Positions 1 through 11,339 of a stretch of DNA of 50,397 bases are shown piece by piece (position 1 is the stretch's first letter; the number at the start of each line of letters is the position of its first letter). The translations under genes were made by a program, and so were the position numbers. The notes under the pieces were generated by a model. That model was given only the letters and a program-made list of their open reading frames with translations. It had not been told where the DNA came from and made no database searches. The DNA comes from Girardia tigrina (Eukaryota), in NCBI GenBank assembly GCA_001938485.1, contig MQRK01196336.1, forward strand, positions 41,575-91,971, in the 5' to 3' direction.

Positions 1-87
1 TGTTAAAAAAACTATTTATATTAAATATAATGAAAGTTAAACATAAATAAAATTCAATAAAATTCAATAAAATTAAATTTTTAATGT

Positions 88-114
88 GTATACATATTTT
101 TGGGACACCCTGTA
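88..114. mobile_element. Terminal inverted repeat of a Tc1/mariner-superfamily element interrupting the polB remnant
   Basis: Reverse complement reads TA-CAGGGTGTCCCAAAAATATG, a typical Tc1/mariner (maT/rosa-like) terminus with flanking TA at 113-114; the rest of the element presumably lies upstream or outside the window. Confidence 0.6.
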
Positions 115-2253
115 TTTATATTGGAACATGAAAAATTTTATCCTATACTTGTATGTAAAAACGAATCGGAAGATCATAGGGATTTGCTCCTGCTAGATAA
201 TGGAGAAAAGAGGGACTTCATCTGGATCAAGAACGTTGAGCGCCTTAACCGATCCCAAATATCAAAACATACAGAAAGGATCGAGATTTGTAAAACATGT
301 TTTACACATTTTAATGGTGCTGAAGCTATAATCAAGTTGAAGGAGCAGAAGGCCTATTGCAATAACAATCATTGCATCAGAGCGGAATTTTCAATGGAAG
401 ATTATATCGAATTCAAAGAATATGAAAAGATGCAGAAAGTACCCATTATCATATATTGTGACTTTGAAGTCATTCTAAGCCCAATCCAAGCATGCAATCC
501 CAATCCGCAACGTAGCAGTATGACAACATACCAGTATCATGAGCTATCCTCATACTATTATCGTACAAGGAGCCATTCCTATACAGAGGGCCAGATGCAT
601 CACAACATTTTATGAAACGTATGGAGAGTTATGCTCACAGAATTGAAGACATGTTGCAGCAACACAAATTAAATATGAAGACGACACGGCAAGAAAAGTG
701 TGGATGGAGAAAGACAACACAATGCTTTTTGTGTGAAAAACCATTCACAGAAGACAATTACAAAGTCAAAGACCATTGTCATTTCACTGGAAAATATCGA
801 GGAGCAGCATGCAATAACTGCAATTTGCGATGTAAAACATGTACAAATGTTCCAGATGTATTCCACAATCTTAGTGGATATGACTCCCATTTCATAGTAA
901 GAGAACTGGGGAAAATCAAAGGGAATATAGTTATTATTCCAAACAGCGAGGAGAAATACATCACATTTACCAAGCATGTTGGAAGAATTAAACTCCGATT
1001 CATCGATAGTTTCAAGTTCATGTCATCATCACTGGACAGCCTTGTCAGGAACTTTCCAGCAGATGAACTGAAGGAAACTAAAAAGTTCTTCCAAAATACA
1101 CTTTACTTGGTCAAAAGAAAAGGAGTATTCCCAAATGACTACATAACATCATGGAGATCACTGGATAAAACAACATTGCCAGCAAAAGAGGCATTTTACA
1201 ACAAGCTGAACGACACCGACATTAGTGATGCTGATTATCAACATGCACAAAATGTCTAGCAAGCTTTCAAATGCCAAACACTTGGGGAATATAGTGATGT
1301 ATACCCCCAAACAGATGTGCTGTTTCTTACGGATGTCTTTGAGAGTTTTCGGGATGTGACACTTAAGAGCCACAAGTTGGATCCAGCTCATTTCTTTACA
1401 TCACCATGTATGAGTTGGGCAGCAATCCTGAAATATACATGTATAAGGCTCGAAATCCTGAAAGATTATGACATGATCTTCATGCTTGAAAAAGGAATCC
1501 GAGGTGGAATCTGTCAGTTTAGTCATCGGTACGGCGAGGCAAACAACAAGTTTATAGAAAATTATGATCCATCCAAGGTGTTATCATATATAACATGCTT
1601 GGATGCCAACAATTTATATGGTTGGGCAATGAGTGCTCCATTGCCTTTTGACAATTTCAAATGGGTGGATCAACCAAAAGACATCACAATAGAAAAACTA
1701 GACCCTAATGGAGATTTGGGCTACATATTGGAAATCGATATTGAATATCCCAAATCCATCCATACAAGAGATGAGCAGCTGCCTTTTCTGCCTGAGAGCA
1801 AATGTCCTCCTAATGGAATACATAATAAGCTGATTTGTCACTTGGAAAATCGACAGAGATATGTGGTCCACTACATCAATCTCCAACAAGCTCGTAGTCA
1901 GAAAGATACATCGGGCTCTTCAGTTTAGTCAGTCAAAATGGCTTAAGCCATATATTGACTTTAACACAAATCTGAGGACAAATGCCAATAACGACTTTGA
2001 GAAAGATCAGTTCAAACTGTACAATAACAGCGTTTTTAGTAAAACGATGGAGAATATCCGCAACAGAATCAGCATCGAACTGGTATGTGATTGGAAGCGG
2101 GCAAAGAAGCTCATTGCCAAATCAAACTACCATAATAGTATTAAATACACTGAAAACCTTGTGAGCACAAAAAGTATGCTCATGACATCCATGGAGTTTA
2201 ATAAGCCGATATATGTTGGATGTGAATCCTGGATTTATCCAAGACTTTGATGT
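115..2253 (+). pseudogene. Degraded Polinton/Maverick-like protein-primed family B DNA polymerase with an endonuclease VII-like insert
   Basis: Four consecutive ORF pieces (100-615, 612-1259, 1317-1928, 1861-2250) carry ExoI YCDFE, CxxC..DHCHFTGKYRGAACNNCNL (Endo VII-like), ExoII FHNLSGYDSHFI, PolI DANNLYGWAM and PolII KLYNNSVFSK. Frameshifts and stops are present, and the sequence is truncated before the YxDTDS motif. Confidence 0.9.
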
Positions 2254-2792
2254 CTTTTCCTCGATAGAGGAAAAACATTCGAATCAGCACTTTTTAAAGA
2301 CACAATGAATAAAATTAAAGCTGAAATAATATATTCCCGTCCCTACCACCACAATGCCAACGGGATAGTGGAGCGGCAATTCATAACAATTAGAGATGCC
2401 ATAAATATACGAATGAAGGATGAAACTCACAAAGACTGAACGGAAATTTTGCCAGAGGTAGAATTTATGTTAAATAGCACAATTCAAGCTACGATTGACC
2501 TCTCACCAGCGGAAATAATATTTGGCAGGAATTTAAAACATTGGTGGAAAAATACCAAGGAAGAAAAGGTTATGAAAGAAAAGAGCAAAAATGTAGTAGA
2601 GACAAATCGGAACTTTTCAAGTTGGTGATAAAGTGTTGATAAAGAGAGAAAACATAACAAAAGAAGAAGATCGATACATGGGTCCAGCAACAATAAAGAA
2701 CCGTAGACATGAAAGAAGTAATGAACTGGAGTTAGATGGTTGAACTTTGATAAGAAATGTAGTATGACTAAAGTCATTTAAATCGAGGGGGA
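2254..2792 (+). mobile_element. Ty3/Gypsy-like integrase C-terminal fragment plus polypurine tract
   Basis: Manual translation from 2263 gives DRGKTFES...SRPYHHNANGIVERQF (D-35-E spacing)...LPEVEFMLNSTIQATIDLSPAEIIFG with an in-frame stop. GAGGGGGA at 2785-2792 directly precedes the LTR. Confidence 0.85.
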
Positions 2793-3220
2793 CGTGAGGA
2801 ATATTTTTGAATGGTGTTTATTGTGTGTTGTTTGGTATGTTGTTTTAGGATTGTGTTTCTCCCACCCAGATGGAAGATTGATATTTTAAATATATTTTAA
2901 AATATCGGATTATTTAATCAATTATGAAAATTTAAACAACCAATTTTTTAAAATTAAATTAATATTTTATAACTTATATTTTAATAATAATTTTCTTAAA
3001 ATAAATAAAATTTATTTTAATTTAACGTATAAATTATTTTTGAAGTAATTAAATTGTAATTTAAATTTGTTTGAATAATAAGACGTTAAAGCATATTATT
3101 AATAAAATTATCAATCAAGAACGATGACGAGCTATGCAAGTTTTACGGAGAATTGTTCTAGTGGCAATTCAAATTGTGATTCAAATAAATGTACTAAAAA
3201 TTCAATTAATGTTCTTAATA
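2793..3220 (+). mobile_element. 3' LTR of the Gypsy-like element (LTR family A)
   Basis: Follows the PPT; starts (c)GTGAGGAATATTT, contains GTGTTTCTCCCACCCAGATG and ends AATGTTCTTAATA; homologous to 7010-7428, 26878-27402 and 38419-39366. Confidence 0.75.
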
Positions 3221-3944
3221 TTTTATTGATGTGTTTAATAATCAATATATGTAGCAATCAAACAAAAAACTGTTCAACAAAATGTTAAGTCAGTGTCAAA
3301 TTATAACTATTTGAATTTATTGTAATCATGCTTACAACCTAATATAATAAATGATATCAAAAACGACATTACTAGATCATAATTAAAGACTCTTAAACGA
3401 TTATTCGTGTAACATACAATAATCCTTTGACATAATTTCAAACTTTCATGTTCAAACTACATAAAACTTTGTGAGAATATCCTCTTTGTATTGCAGATGT
3501 ACTAAGTTAACATTAGGTTCCATTAATTTTCCTTCAAAATTTACAATCCAGACTTTTTTCTTTTTTTAGTGCAATTACCTTGAGAGTTTCATCCAGACAA
3601 ATTTAAGCATTTTGCAAAAAAACACAATTTTTTTTACATTCATTAAAATGAGTTAAATTTTTGTTAAATTGAACGGGATTTACAGAAAAACAGTAATAAT
3701 ATTTTTACGATTTTTCCCATTTAATTTTTTTATTAAGAAAGTATCATATGGTTCTCAAGGACACTTGATATTTACAATCAAGCAAATGTTTATTAATAAA
3801 ACTTAGTATTAATCGATTGAAAAAAAATGTAATTGCTTTTCCCATGCTTTATATTAGCTTGCTTTCTATGTGTTTAATTACTTATGTATATTATTATATA
3901 TATTATACTTTTAAATTAATTCCAATGGCAATCGGGTTAATAAA

Positions 3945-4770
3945 ACAAAAAATAGCCATTTTTCCAAACATTTATTTTTATTTTGTAATACTAGTTTCGC
4001 CATATTGGCATCTTCAGTTGACTAATTGAAATTTCAGATTTAAGTCCCTTTTATATAGCGGTAGACTGTTACGCAATACTACTCAATTTAAGGCTTTTTT
4101 TATTATTATTTACTTTAATTTAAAAAAAAATTAACAAGAAAAAACGCCTAAAAATCAATATTCAAAATTTTAATTATTTATTCAAAAAGAAAAAGAAAGA
4201 GACAAAAAGAAGAAAACTTAAAAAAAACAGAAGACACAAAAAAAACTAAGAATTAAAATATTTTAATATAATTTGAGGAGTCACTTTCAACATTTAAGCA
4301 TGGTTCAAAGTGATTCCTCAAATTATATTAAAATATTTTAATTCTTAGTTTTTTTTATGTCTTCTGTTTCTTTTAAGTTTTCTTCTTTTTGTCTCTTTTT
4401 CTTTTTTTCTTTTTGAATAAATAATTAAAATTTTGAATATTGATTTTTAGGCGTTTTTTCTTGTTAATTTTTTTTTAAATTAAAGTAAATAATAATAAAA
4501 AAAGCCTTAAATTGAGTAGTATNNNNNNNNNNNNNNNNNNNNNNNNNNNNNNNNNNNNNNNNNNNNNNNNNNAAGAAAGAGACAAAAAGAAGAAAACTTA
4601 AAAAAAACAGAAGACACAAAAAAAACTAAGAATTAAAATATTTTAATATAATTTGAGGAGTCACTTTCAACATTTAAGCATGGTTCAAAGTTGAAAAAAA
4701 AAAAAGCAAAAAAACTAGTATTACAAAATAAAAATAAATGTTTGGAAAAATGGCTATTTTTTGTTTTCTT
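3945..4770. mobile_element. Penelope-like pseudo-LTR remnant in fold-back (inverted) arrangement, partly unresolved by the assembly gap
   Basis: 3945-4310 is the reverse complement of the 3' end of the PLE at ~15910-16277 (EPCLNVESDSSNYIKIF*). 4311-4522 is an inverted copy of ~4078-4281, and 4573-4690 repeats ~4193-4310. Confidence 0.85.
3985..4021 (-). ncRNA. Minimal type-I hammerhead ribozyme (PLE-associated), weakened stem I
   Basis: Minus strand UCAA-CUGAAGA-U-GCCA-AUA-UGGC-GAAA-CUAG-UA-UUAC: core and stems II/III intact, stem I only 2 bp. Confidence 0.7.
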
Positions 4771-4845
4771 ATACATATATATATATATATATATATCATT
4801 TTTAACGAGCAATGTAAAAAAACAACCCTGTGTAATACATTCATT

Positions 4846-6069
4846 CATAATCACCATTCTTCTTTATAACATTAGATGCATTGTATCAGTTTTCCCATCT
4901 CAGATGACCATCGATCAGCATAAATGTTTTTCAGTTCTGATGTAATGAATTGATATAACTCATTTGCAGATTGAAAATTGGTTTTGTGTCGCTGATCATC
5001 CAAGTAAAAGTGAATAAAGCGATCCAAGATGTTATAATCAGGGGAATATGGTGATTGACGGAGCAAGGTAGCATTCTTGTTTGCGAGAAACATGGACGTC
5101 ACTTTGGAAACATGAGGCCTCGCGTTGTCTTGCACGAAAATCAGGTTTCTCCAGTTGAGTGGAAACACATGTCGACTAAACTTCTTCTCCATATTAACAA
5201 GAAAAGTGACAAAACGCTCGCTTTTCATGCTTTCTCTCTCCTGCAGCAGTTCGCAATGATATTTTCCAGTTAAGGATACTTCGATGACAGACATAATTTT
5301 TCTGTCAAACTGGCTACGTTTCACGACATGAATGGGTTCACTGTGATCACCATCAGGAGAGACCCAGCAACGGTTGCTTCTTTTCTTGCCAACAGTTCTC
5401 ATGTAAAGCCACTTCTCATCCACCATCACAATGTGTTTATGTTGGTGTTTGATTTTCAAAATTTTCAACCATTCCTTTGCAGCAGTGACACGATTAACCT
5501 TTTGATCATTTGACAATGCATGATGAACCAACTTACAGGCAACAGGCCGAAAGCCCAAATAGTCACTCACAATACGCTGAATGGTTCTATGACTGAGGGA
5601 TGTCTCATCTTCAATTTCCTCAATAGTCATTGCACCATTGGCGTTAATAATTCCAGAGACCAACAGAATGTTTTCAAGGGTTGTTTTTGTTGATTTTCTC
5701 CCGCAGTTTTCCCAAGCAAAAAAAGTCTTGCCATTGTCAAATTCAGTTATCCACCGATACACTGTAGATTCTCCAACACTGTCAGTACCATGAACAGAGA
5801 TAATTTCCTGATAAATTTTACTTCCCGTTATGCCAAGTGAATAACGGGAAAAGGTATAGAAACGAAGATTTTTTCGATTTTCCGCCATCATACAGACAAA
5901 TAAATCAACCAATATTCAAACAAGTATTCAATAAATATTTTCTGTCAATATTTTTTTAACTATTACATATTTTTACTCTTTATATGTTACTATATACTGC
6001 GCAAGTAATTTCCGCCTTTACAGATCACAAACAGAAATATAACATCATTCTCACTCTTTCTGGTACGAA

Positions 6070-6075
<6 letters not shown>
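4846..6075 (-). mobile_element. mariner (DD34D) transposon
   Basis: Contains the transposase ORF; mariner-like terminus TATTGGTTCGTACCAGAAAG at ~6075 (minus) abuts (TA)n; no matching second TIR was found. Confidence 0.85.
4872..5891 (-). CDS. mariner transposase, near-intact (C-terminal frameshift)
   Basis: HTH region (VYRWITEF), VDEKWLY, QDNARPH and SPYSPDYNILD, with exactly 34 residues between the 2nd and 3rd Asp. The natural C-terminus (NVIKKNGDYE*) continues in another frame. Start taken at the first ATG (MMAEN). Confidence 0.85.
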   Translation of the reverse strand: MMAENRKNLRFYTFSRYSLGITGSKIYQEIISVHGTDSVGESTVYRWITEFDNGKTFFAWENCGRKSTKTTLENILLVSGIINANGAMTIEEIEDETSLSHRTIQRIVSDYLGFRPVACKLVHHALSNDQKVNRVTAAKEWLKILKIKHQHKHIVMVDEKWLYMRTVGKKRSNRCWVSPDGDHSEPIHVVKRSQFDRKIMSVIEVSLTGKYHCELLQERESMKSERFVTFLVNMEKKFSRHVFPLNWRNLIFVQDNARPHVSKVTSMFLANKNATLLRQSPYSPDYNILDRFIHFYLDDQRHKTNFQSANELYQFITSELKNIYADRWSSEMGKLIQCI

Positions 6076-6151
<76 letters not shown>

Positions 6152-6201
6152 NNNNNNNNNNNNNNNNNNNNNNNNNNNNNNNNNNNNNNNNNNNNNNNNN
6201 N

Positions 6202-6275
<74 letters not shown>
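6073..6275. repeat. (TA)n microsatellite spanning an assembly gap
   Basis: Direct reading of the sequence. Confidence 0.98.
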
Positions 6276-6349
6276 TTAATTTCTTTAAATCAAATGGCAA
6301 TTTAGTCATTAAACAAAAATAAAACCATTTTAATTTTAAATTTTTATTG

Positions 6350-6387
6350 GAAAACATGTTTCACCACTTTTGTGGCATCTTCAGTTC
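6350..6387 (-). ncRNA. Minimal type-I hammerhead ribozyme (PLE-associated)
   Basis: Minus strand GAA-CUGAAGA-U-GCCAC-AAAA-GUGGU-GAAA-CAUG-UU-UUC: stem I GAA/UUC, stem II GCCAC/GUGGU, palindromic stem III ACAUGU, GUU cleavage triplet. Confidence 0.78.
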
Positions 6388-7009
6388 TGTATTTAATTAG
6401 AAAGTTATTGTTAATATAGAAAGATGACCATTACGTCACAGTGTGTTACGTCAAAATACTCTAATATGATTGGACGAATCACTTTGCACATTTAGACTAG
6501 GTTTACAAAACTTTATCAAGAGTGCTTCAGTAATTGTCTTTTCATAATTGTGATCAAAGTTATTAATCAAAACCCGAAAATCATTATCAAATACCCTCCT
6601 ATGAGTTCCATGACATTTGACTATGTGGTCCAAAATTGAGCTTTTTCTACTTGATTGGGTATGTTCTGCAATTCTAGTACGGACGTGACGATTTGTCTCT
6701 CCAATGTACAATGATTCACACTTGTGACATATATATTGGTAAACTAAATTTGCTTTCATACCCAATTGTGTTTTAGATTTATTTGAGAAGTAATTAGAAA
6801 TTTTATTAGTTAGAAACAATACTTTAATCGTAACACCTACTGGGGCCTGTTTTTCTAAAATTCGTTTAAAATCCCTAGCACCTTCATAATATGGAATTTT
6901 TAAATAAAATTTTTTTTGAATTAATCACTTCCTCAGTTGCATTCAAAGTTTTATTAATTTTGTCTTTTGATTTTAAATAAATTGACTCCACAGTATTTTT
7001 AATGATGTT

Positions 7010-7428
7010 TATTATCAACATCAATATGAAGTTTACAACATTTATTAATATTACAAATGCATTCACTATTTGACATCTCTCTTGATCAATATTTTTTTTC
7101 TGCCTTCAAACTAATTAAATTCAATAAATAAAAATCTGTTAATATCAATTATTAATTATAAAGAATCTAATTGGCTAAAATTAAATGTAAACATTTTTTA
7201 AAAAATAGAACATATTAAATTAATATATTAAAATTTTTAATTACATTAAAAATAAATAATACATGCAATAATTTTTTAAAAATCTTTTTACTTTAAAATT
7301 AAATTAAATTATGTTTAATTAGTAGGAATCAAAGAAAATAGCAATCATCCATCTGTGTAGGAGAGGCACAATCCGAATCAGCATTCTACATGCACAATAT
7401 CAACACATAATTCAAAACATTCCTCACA
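7010..7428 (-). mobile_element. Solo LTR (family A, diverged) inserted into the Penelope ORF
   Basis: Perfect 5-bp TSD ATGTT (7005-7009, 7429-7433); removal restores NGYNKKYLNNIIKNTVESIY. The minus strand starts TGTGAGGAATG, has CTCCTACACAGATGG and ends GTTGATAATA. Confidence 0.85.
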
Positions 7429-8555
7429 ATGTTATTTAAATATTTCTTATTATAACCATTAATACTAAGTCTATTATGAAGAGTATCAATTTCTTTATCA
7501 AAAATTTCAAAAGAAGAAGTTTAACTCCAAACTCTATGCACTAGACCCTTAATCATATTTCTATTATATTTTGGGTCACAGAAACTACTCGGAGTACTGT
7601 AAAGACAAGTGTCCGTTGGTTTTCTGTAGACCTCTGTCATGAATCTATTCTGCTTCTTTTCAATCAAGACATCCAAAAACGATATTTTATTATTACTTTC
7701 ACTTTCACAAGTAAAATTAATGTTTGGATGTAAATTGTTTATAAAGTTTAAAAAAAACTATTCATATCTTCCTTCTTTTTAAATATTAGAAAAGTATCAT
7801 CTACATACCTGGTATAGAAGATTGGTAATTCACCTGTAAAATTTTTAAATTTTTGCTTCAAATTTTGTAAGAAAATTGAAGCCATTAACGGAGCCAATGG
7901 AGAACCCATTGCAACTCCATCAATTTGCATATACCAATTATCATTAAACAAGAAGGGAACATTCTTAGTGCTGAATTCAAGCAACGCTTTCAGGGCTTTA
8001 GTACTCATTGATTTTAATTTATCTTCAACCAATTCATCCCAAAGATCAACACATAACTGAATCGTCTCCTCTAATGGGATATTAGTGAAAAGATTTACCA
8101 CATCAAATGAGACCATAGTTTCACTTTCCGAATTAACTTCTAAATTTATAATCTTTTCTACGAATTCAAAACTATCCTTATATTCTAAAGGATTATTTAT
8201 TAATGGTTTTAATAATTTAACATTAGCAACATTATATTGTGCACTTCCAATCATTGACAACACAGGCCTCATCGGGATGTCTGTTTTGTGTACTTTTGGA
8301 AGACCGTATAACTTAGAAGGTTGTGACCCTTGAGCTAGTAAACTGTTTTTAAGAGTAGAATTTAAATCATAAGTTTTTATAAAATGTGGAGTCAATTTAT
8401 TTAAAATCAAAAGACAAAATTAATAAAACTTTGAATGCAACTGAGGAAGTGATTAATTCAAAAAAAATTTATTTAAAAATTTCATATTCCGAAGGTGCTA
8501 GGGATTTTAAACGAATTTTAGAAAAACAGCCCCAGTAGGTGTTACAATTAAAGTA

Positions 8556-8924
8556 TTGTTTCTAACTAATAAAATTTCTAATTACTTCTCAAATAAATCT
8601 AAAACACAATTGGGTATGAAAGCAAATTTAGTTTACCAATATAAATGTCACAAGTGTGAATCCTTGTACATTGGAGAGACAAATCATCACCTCCGTACTA
8701 GAATTGCAGAACATACCCAATCAAGTAGAAAAAGCTCAATTTTGGACCACATAGTCAAATGTCATGGAACTCATAGGAGGGTATTTGATAATGATTTTCG
8801 GGTTTTGATTAATAACTTTGATCACAATTATGAAAGGACAATTACTGAAGCACTCGTGATAAAGTTTTGTAAACCTAGTCTAAATGTGCAAAGTGATTCG
8901 TCCAATCATATTAGAGTATTTTGA
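8556..8924 (+). pseudogene. GIY-YIG endonuclease-coding segment in the inverted pseudo-LTR
   Basis: 122-aa ORF nearly identical to 6451-6819 on the opposite strand. Confidence 0.85.
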
Positions 8925-9149
8925 CGTAACACACTGTGACGTAATGGTCATCTTTATATATAAACAATAACTTTCTAATTAAATACAGNNNNNNNNNNNN
9001 NNNNNNNNNNNNNNNNNNNNNNNNNNNNNNNNNNNNNNNNNNNNNNNNNNNNNNNNNNNNNNNNNNNNNNNNNNNNNNNNNNNNNNNNNNNNNNNNNNNN
9101 NNNNNNNNNNNNNNNNNNNNNNNNATATATATATAAACCTATTTTTGAA

Positions 9150-9571
9150 GGAATTTTCTCAATCAACTTTCTTCAAACTTTGCACACTTACTCATTTTCA
9201 ATGACAATAAATGATTATGTGAAAATTTGATCAAACTAGTAAATAAATTTTTTTTACAAAATACGTTTAACGATAATTCACAAATGTTTAAACTGTATTA
9301 AATAGAAATGTTTTGGTTTTTTTCCTTTCATGCTTTATAATAAATTTATATGTTATTAGTAACTATTTAACACTAGATTTACGATGGTTGATTATATACT
9401 TATTTTTACTGAAAAGAGCCAATTTGACTTATACAACAAGCGATCTCATAACCGTAGAAATATGTGAACCACATTGAAATATGCGAAAAGCGGGAATTTG
9501 AAGAGTGGAGTAACCTATATTTCATTACGTAACTAAAAACAATTATATGTATTTAAAAAAATAATAATTCA

Positions 9572-9614
<43 letters not shown>

Positions 9615-9865
9615 CAATATAATTTTAAATGAGTCAAATTTGTTCAGTCCGTAAATCTAGTGTTAATTGCAAAATGGAGTTGTAAATTTTTTTTTATGAA
9701 ATTTTCTTTTCTACAAAAGATTAAAATAGTTACGAATAACATAACAAAAATATTTAAAAAATTTAATCAATTTTCACTTCTACGGAAAATAAAAAAAATT
9801 CTCTTGACCAATCAGAGTTCTGTCCGCATAAAGCATGAATATAATTTTTTTTGATTTACTAGTTT
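9150..9865. repeat. Interspersed repeat, possibly a Helitron/Helentron-derived non-autonomous element
   Basis: Blocks CTTTGCACACTTACTCATT..ATGACAATAAATGA..GTGAAAATTTGATC and AGAGTTCTGTC.GCATAAAG..GATTTACTAGTTT recur in the same order at 23140-23436; ends in CTAGT. Confidence 0.5.
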
Positions 9866-10899
9866 ACGACCAATTCGGTTCCATTGAGATAAATAAAGAA
9901 AAAAGATGAAATTTAAAGATTGAAAACAAAAAAGATTTAAACTTGCTCAGAAAGATTCATTCAAATTATAAATAAAGTTTTAGAAGTATTTTTTCGTAAA
10001 AAAATTAAATGAAATACATTAATACTAGGGTGTCTCTTATTAAATGTCCATTTTAATGCACGAGGGGATAAAAACAATAGATCACGATGGATTATGCTTT
10101 GTCAAATAAATAAATTTGGGAGTTCAGAGCTTAAAAACATTTAGATGCTCTTAAATATTTTAACTGATTATTAAATAAATTGATTTTCGATTCATTAGTT
10201 CAATTAAAAAATATTAAAATGAATTAACTCTTATTTGTCATTTCCACTAATTCTCCCAAACATCAAAAATATTAAAATACAATAAATTTTCAACAATATC
10301 TAATTTTTCTTCATTTATAAAGGCCCATTGAGGATCTCCGGCTCAGGGCTGTGCCCCTATTATTCAATATGTAGATCCGCCACAGATTTGATATTTTAAA
10401 ATAATAAATAAAAAAGTTTTAACAACCACGTTTTCATATGGACTAAAAAGAGGAAAATAATTTTTTTCTAGACATGTGAGAAATTTTATACCTAACCAAA
10501 AACGTGGGGCGGATTTCTGAATTACTGCTATTAGTAACTGCTNNNNNNNNNNNNNNNNNNNNNNNNNNNNNNNNNNNNNNNNNNNNNNNNNNNNNNNNNN
10601 NNNNNNNNNNNNNNNNNNNNNNNNNNNNNNNNNNNNNNNNNNNNNNNNNNNNNNNNNNNNNNNNNNNNNNNNNNNNNNNNNNNNNNNNNNNNNNNNNNNN
10701 NNNNNNNNNNNNNNNNNNNNNNNNNNNNNNNNNNNNNNNNNNNNNNNNNNNNNNNNNNNNNNNTATAAGTAGTATACCAAGATTTAATTTTATAATTTAT
10801 AAATTTTATATTTTAATTTAGTCCATATAAAATTAAAATTAATTAATTTGAATTTATTAGAGCATTTTTGAGATGCAGAGATTCTAAAATCTCAAAATG

Positions 10900-11045
10900 T
10901 CAGGCAGAAGAAGCCTACGTAAAAAATTTCAGAACGATCGGATGAGTGTAAGTGGTATAAAAAAGCGTGTGAAAAGTGAAACATCACAAACAAACAGAAA
11001 GACAGACAGGACCCAAAGCAAGTTAAGTAAAACGTGGTAAAAAAA
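10900..11045 (+). mobile_element. DINE-1/Helentron-like non-autonomous element end
   Basis: AAATTTCAG..CGATCGG motif, AAAC/GACA microsatellite and terminal GCAAGTTAAGTAAAACGTGGTAAAA; a related inverted copy lies at ~46270-46390. Confidence 0.45.
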
Positions 11046-11339
11046 TTAATTTAGTTCAAGATTGTTTTATAAAATGATCATTGAATATGTTTCAGTGTTT
11101 TATACATCATCATCAGCAATTATAATTTGTTACACATGATATGTTTTATAGTAAATAAAATTTATAATTTGGAAAAAATGGTAAAATTATTAAATTAAGA
11201 AAATTTTTTTAATATTTTTGGATATTAATGACGCATTTTTTTATTTAATTAAAGATTTTAAAAATTGAGATGACCTTACTTTGTCATTTTGACAGTCAAT
11301 TAATGTGATATAGTGTCATATCAACAATGATTCAACGTA

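Larger units (their letters stand above)
6276..8988 (-). mobile_element. 5'-truncated Penelope-like retroelement (RT + GIY-YIG) with inverted pseudo-LTR
   Basis: Minus-strand RT motifs LYGLPKVHK, SFDVVNLFTNIP, QIDGVAMGSPLAP and RYVDD (7748-8385); GIY-YIG-type domain LVYQYICHKCESLYIGETNR..R..EH (6451-6819). 8386-8988 is a near-identical inverted copy of ~6390-6992. Confidence 0.95.

Noticed and set aside
4573-4690. Exact duplicate of ~4193-4310 as a real tandem repeat
   Set aside because: Adjacent to a gap in a palindromic region; likely a mis-assembly.
5984-6357. ORFs rich in YI repeats and X
   Set aside because: Translations of the (TA)n microsatellite and N-gap; the same applies to ORFs at 8975, 10364-10821, 31330-31755 and 42688.
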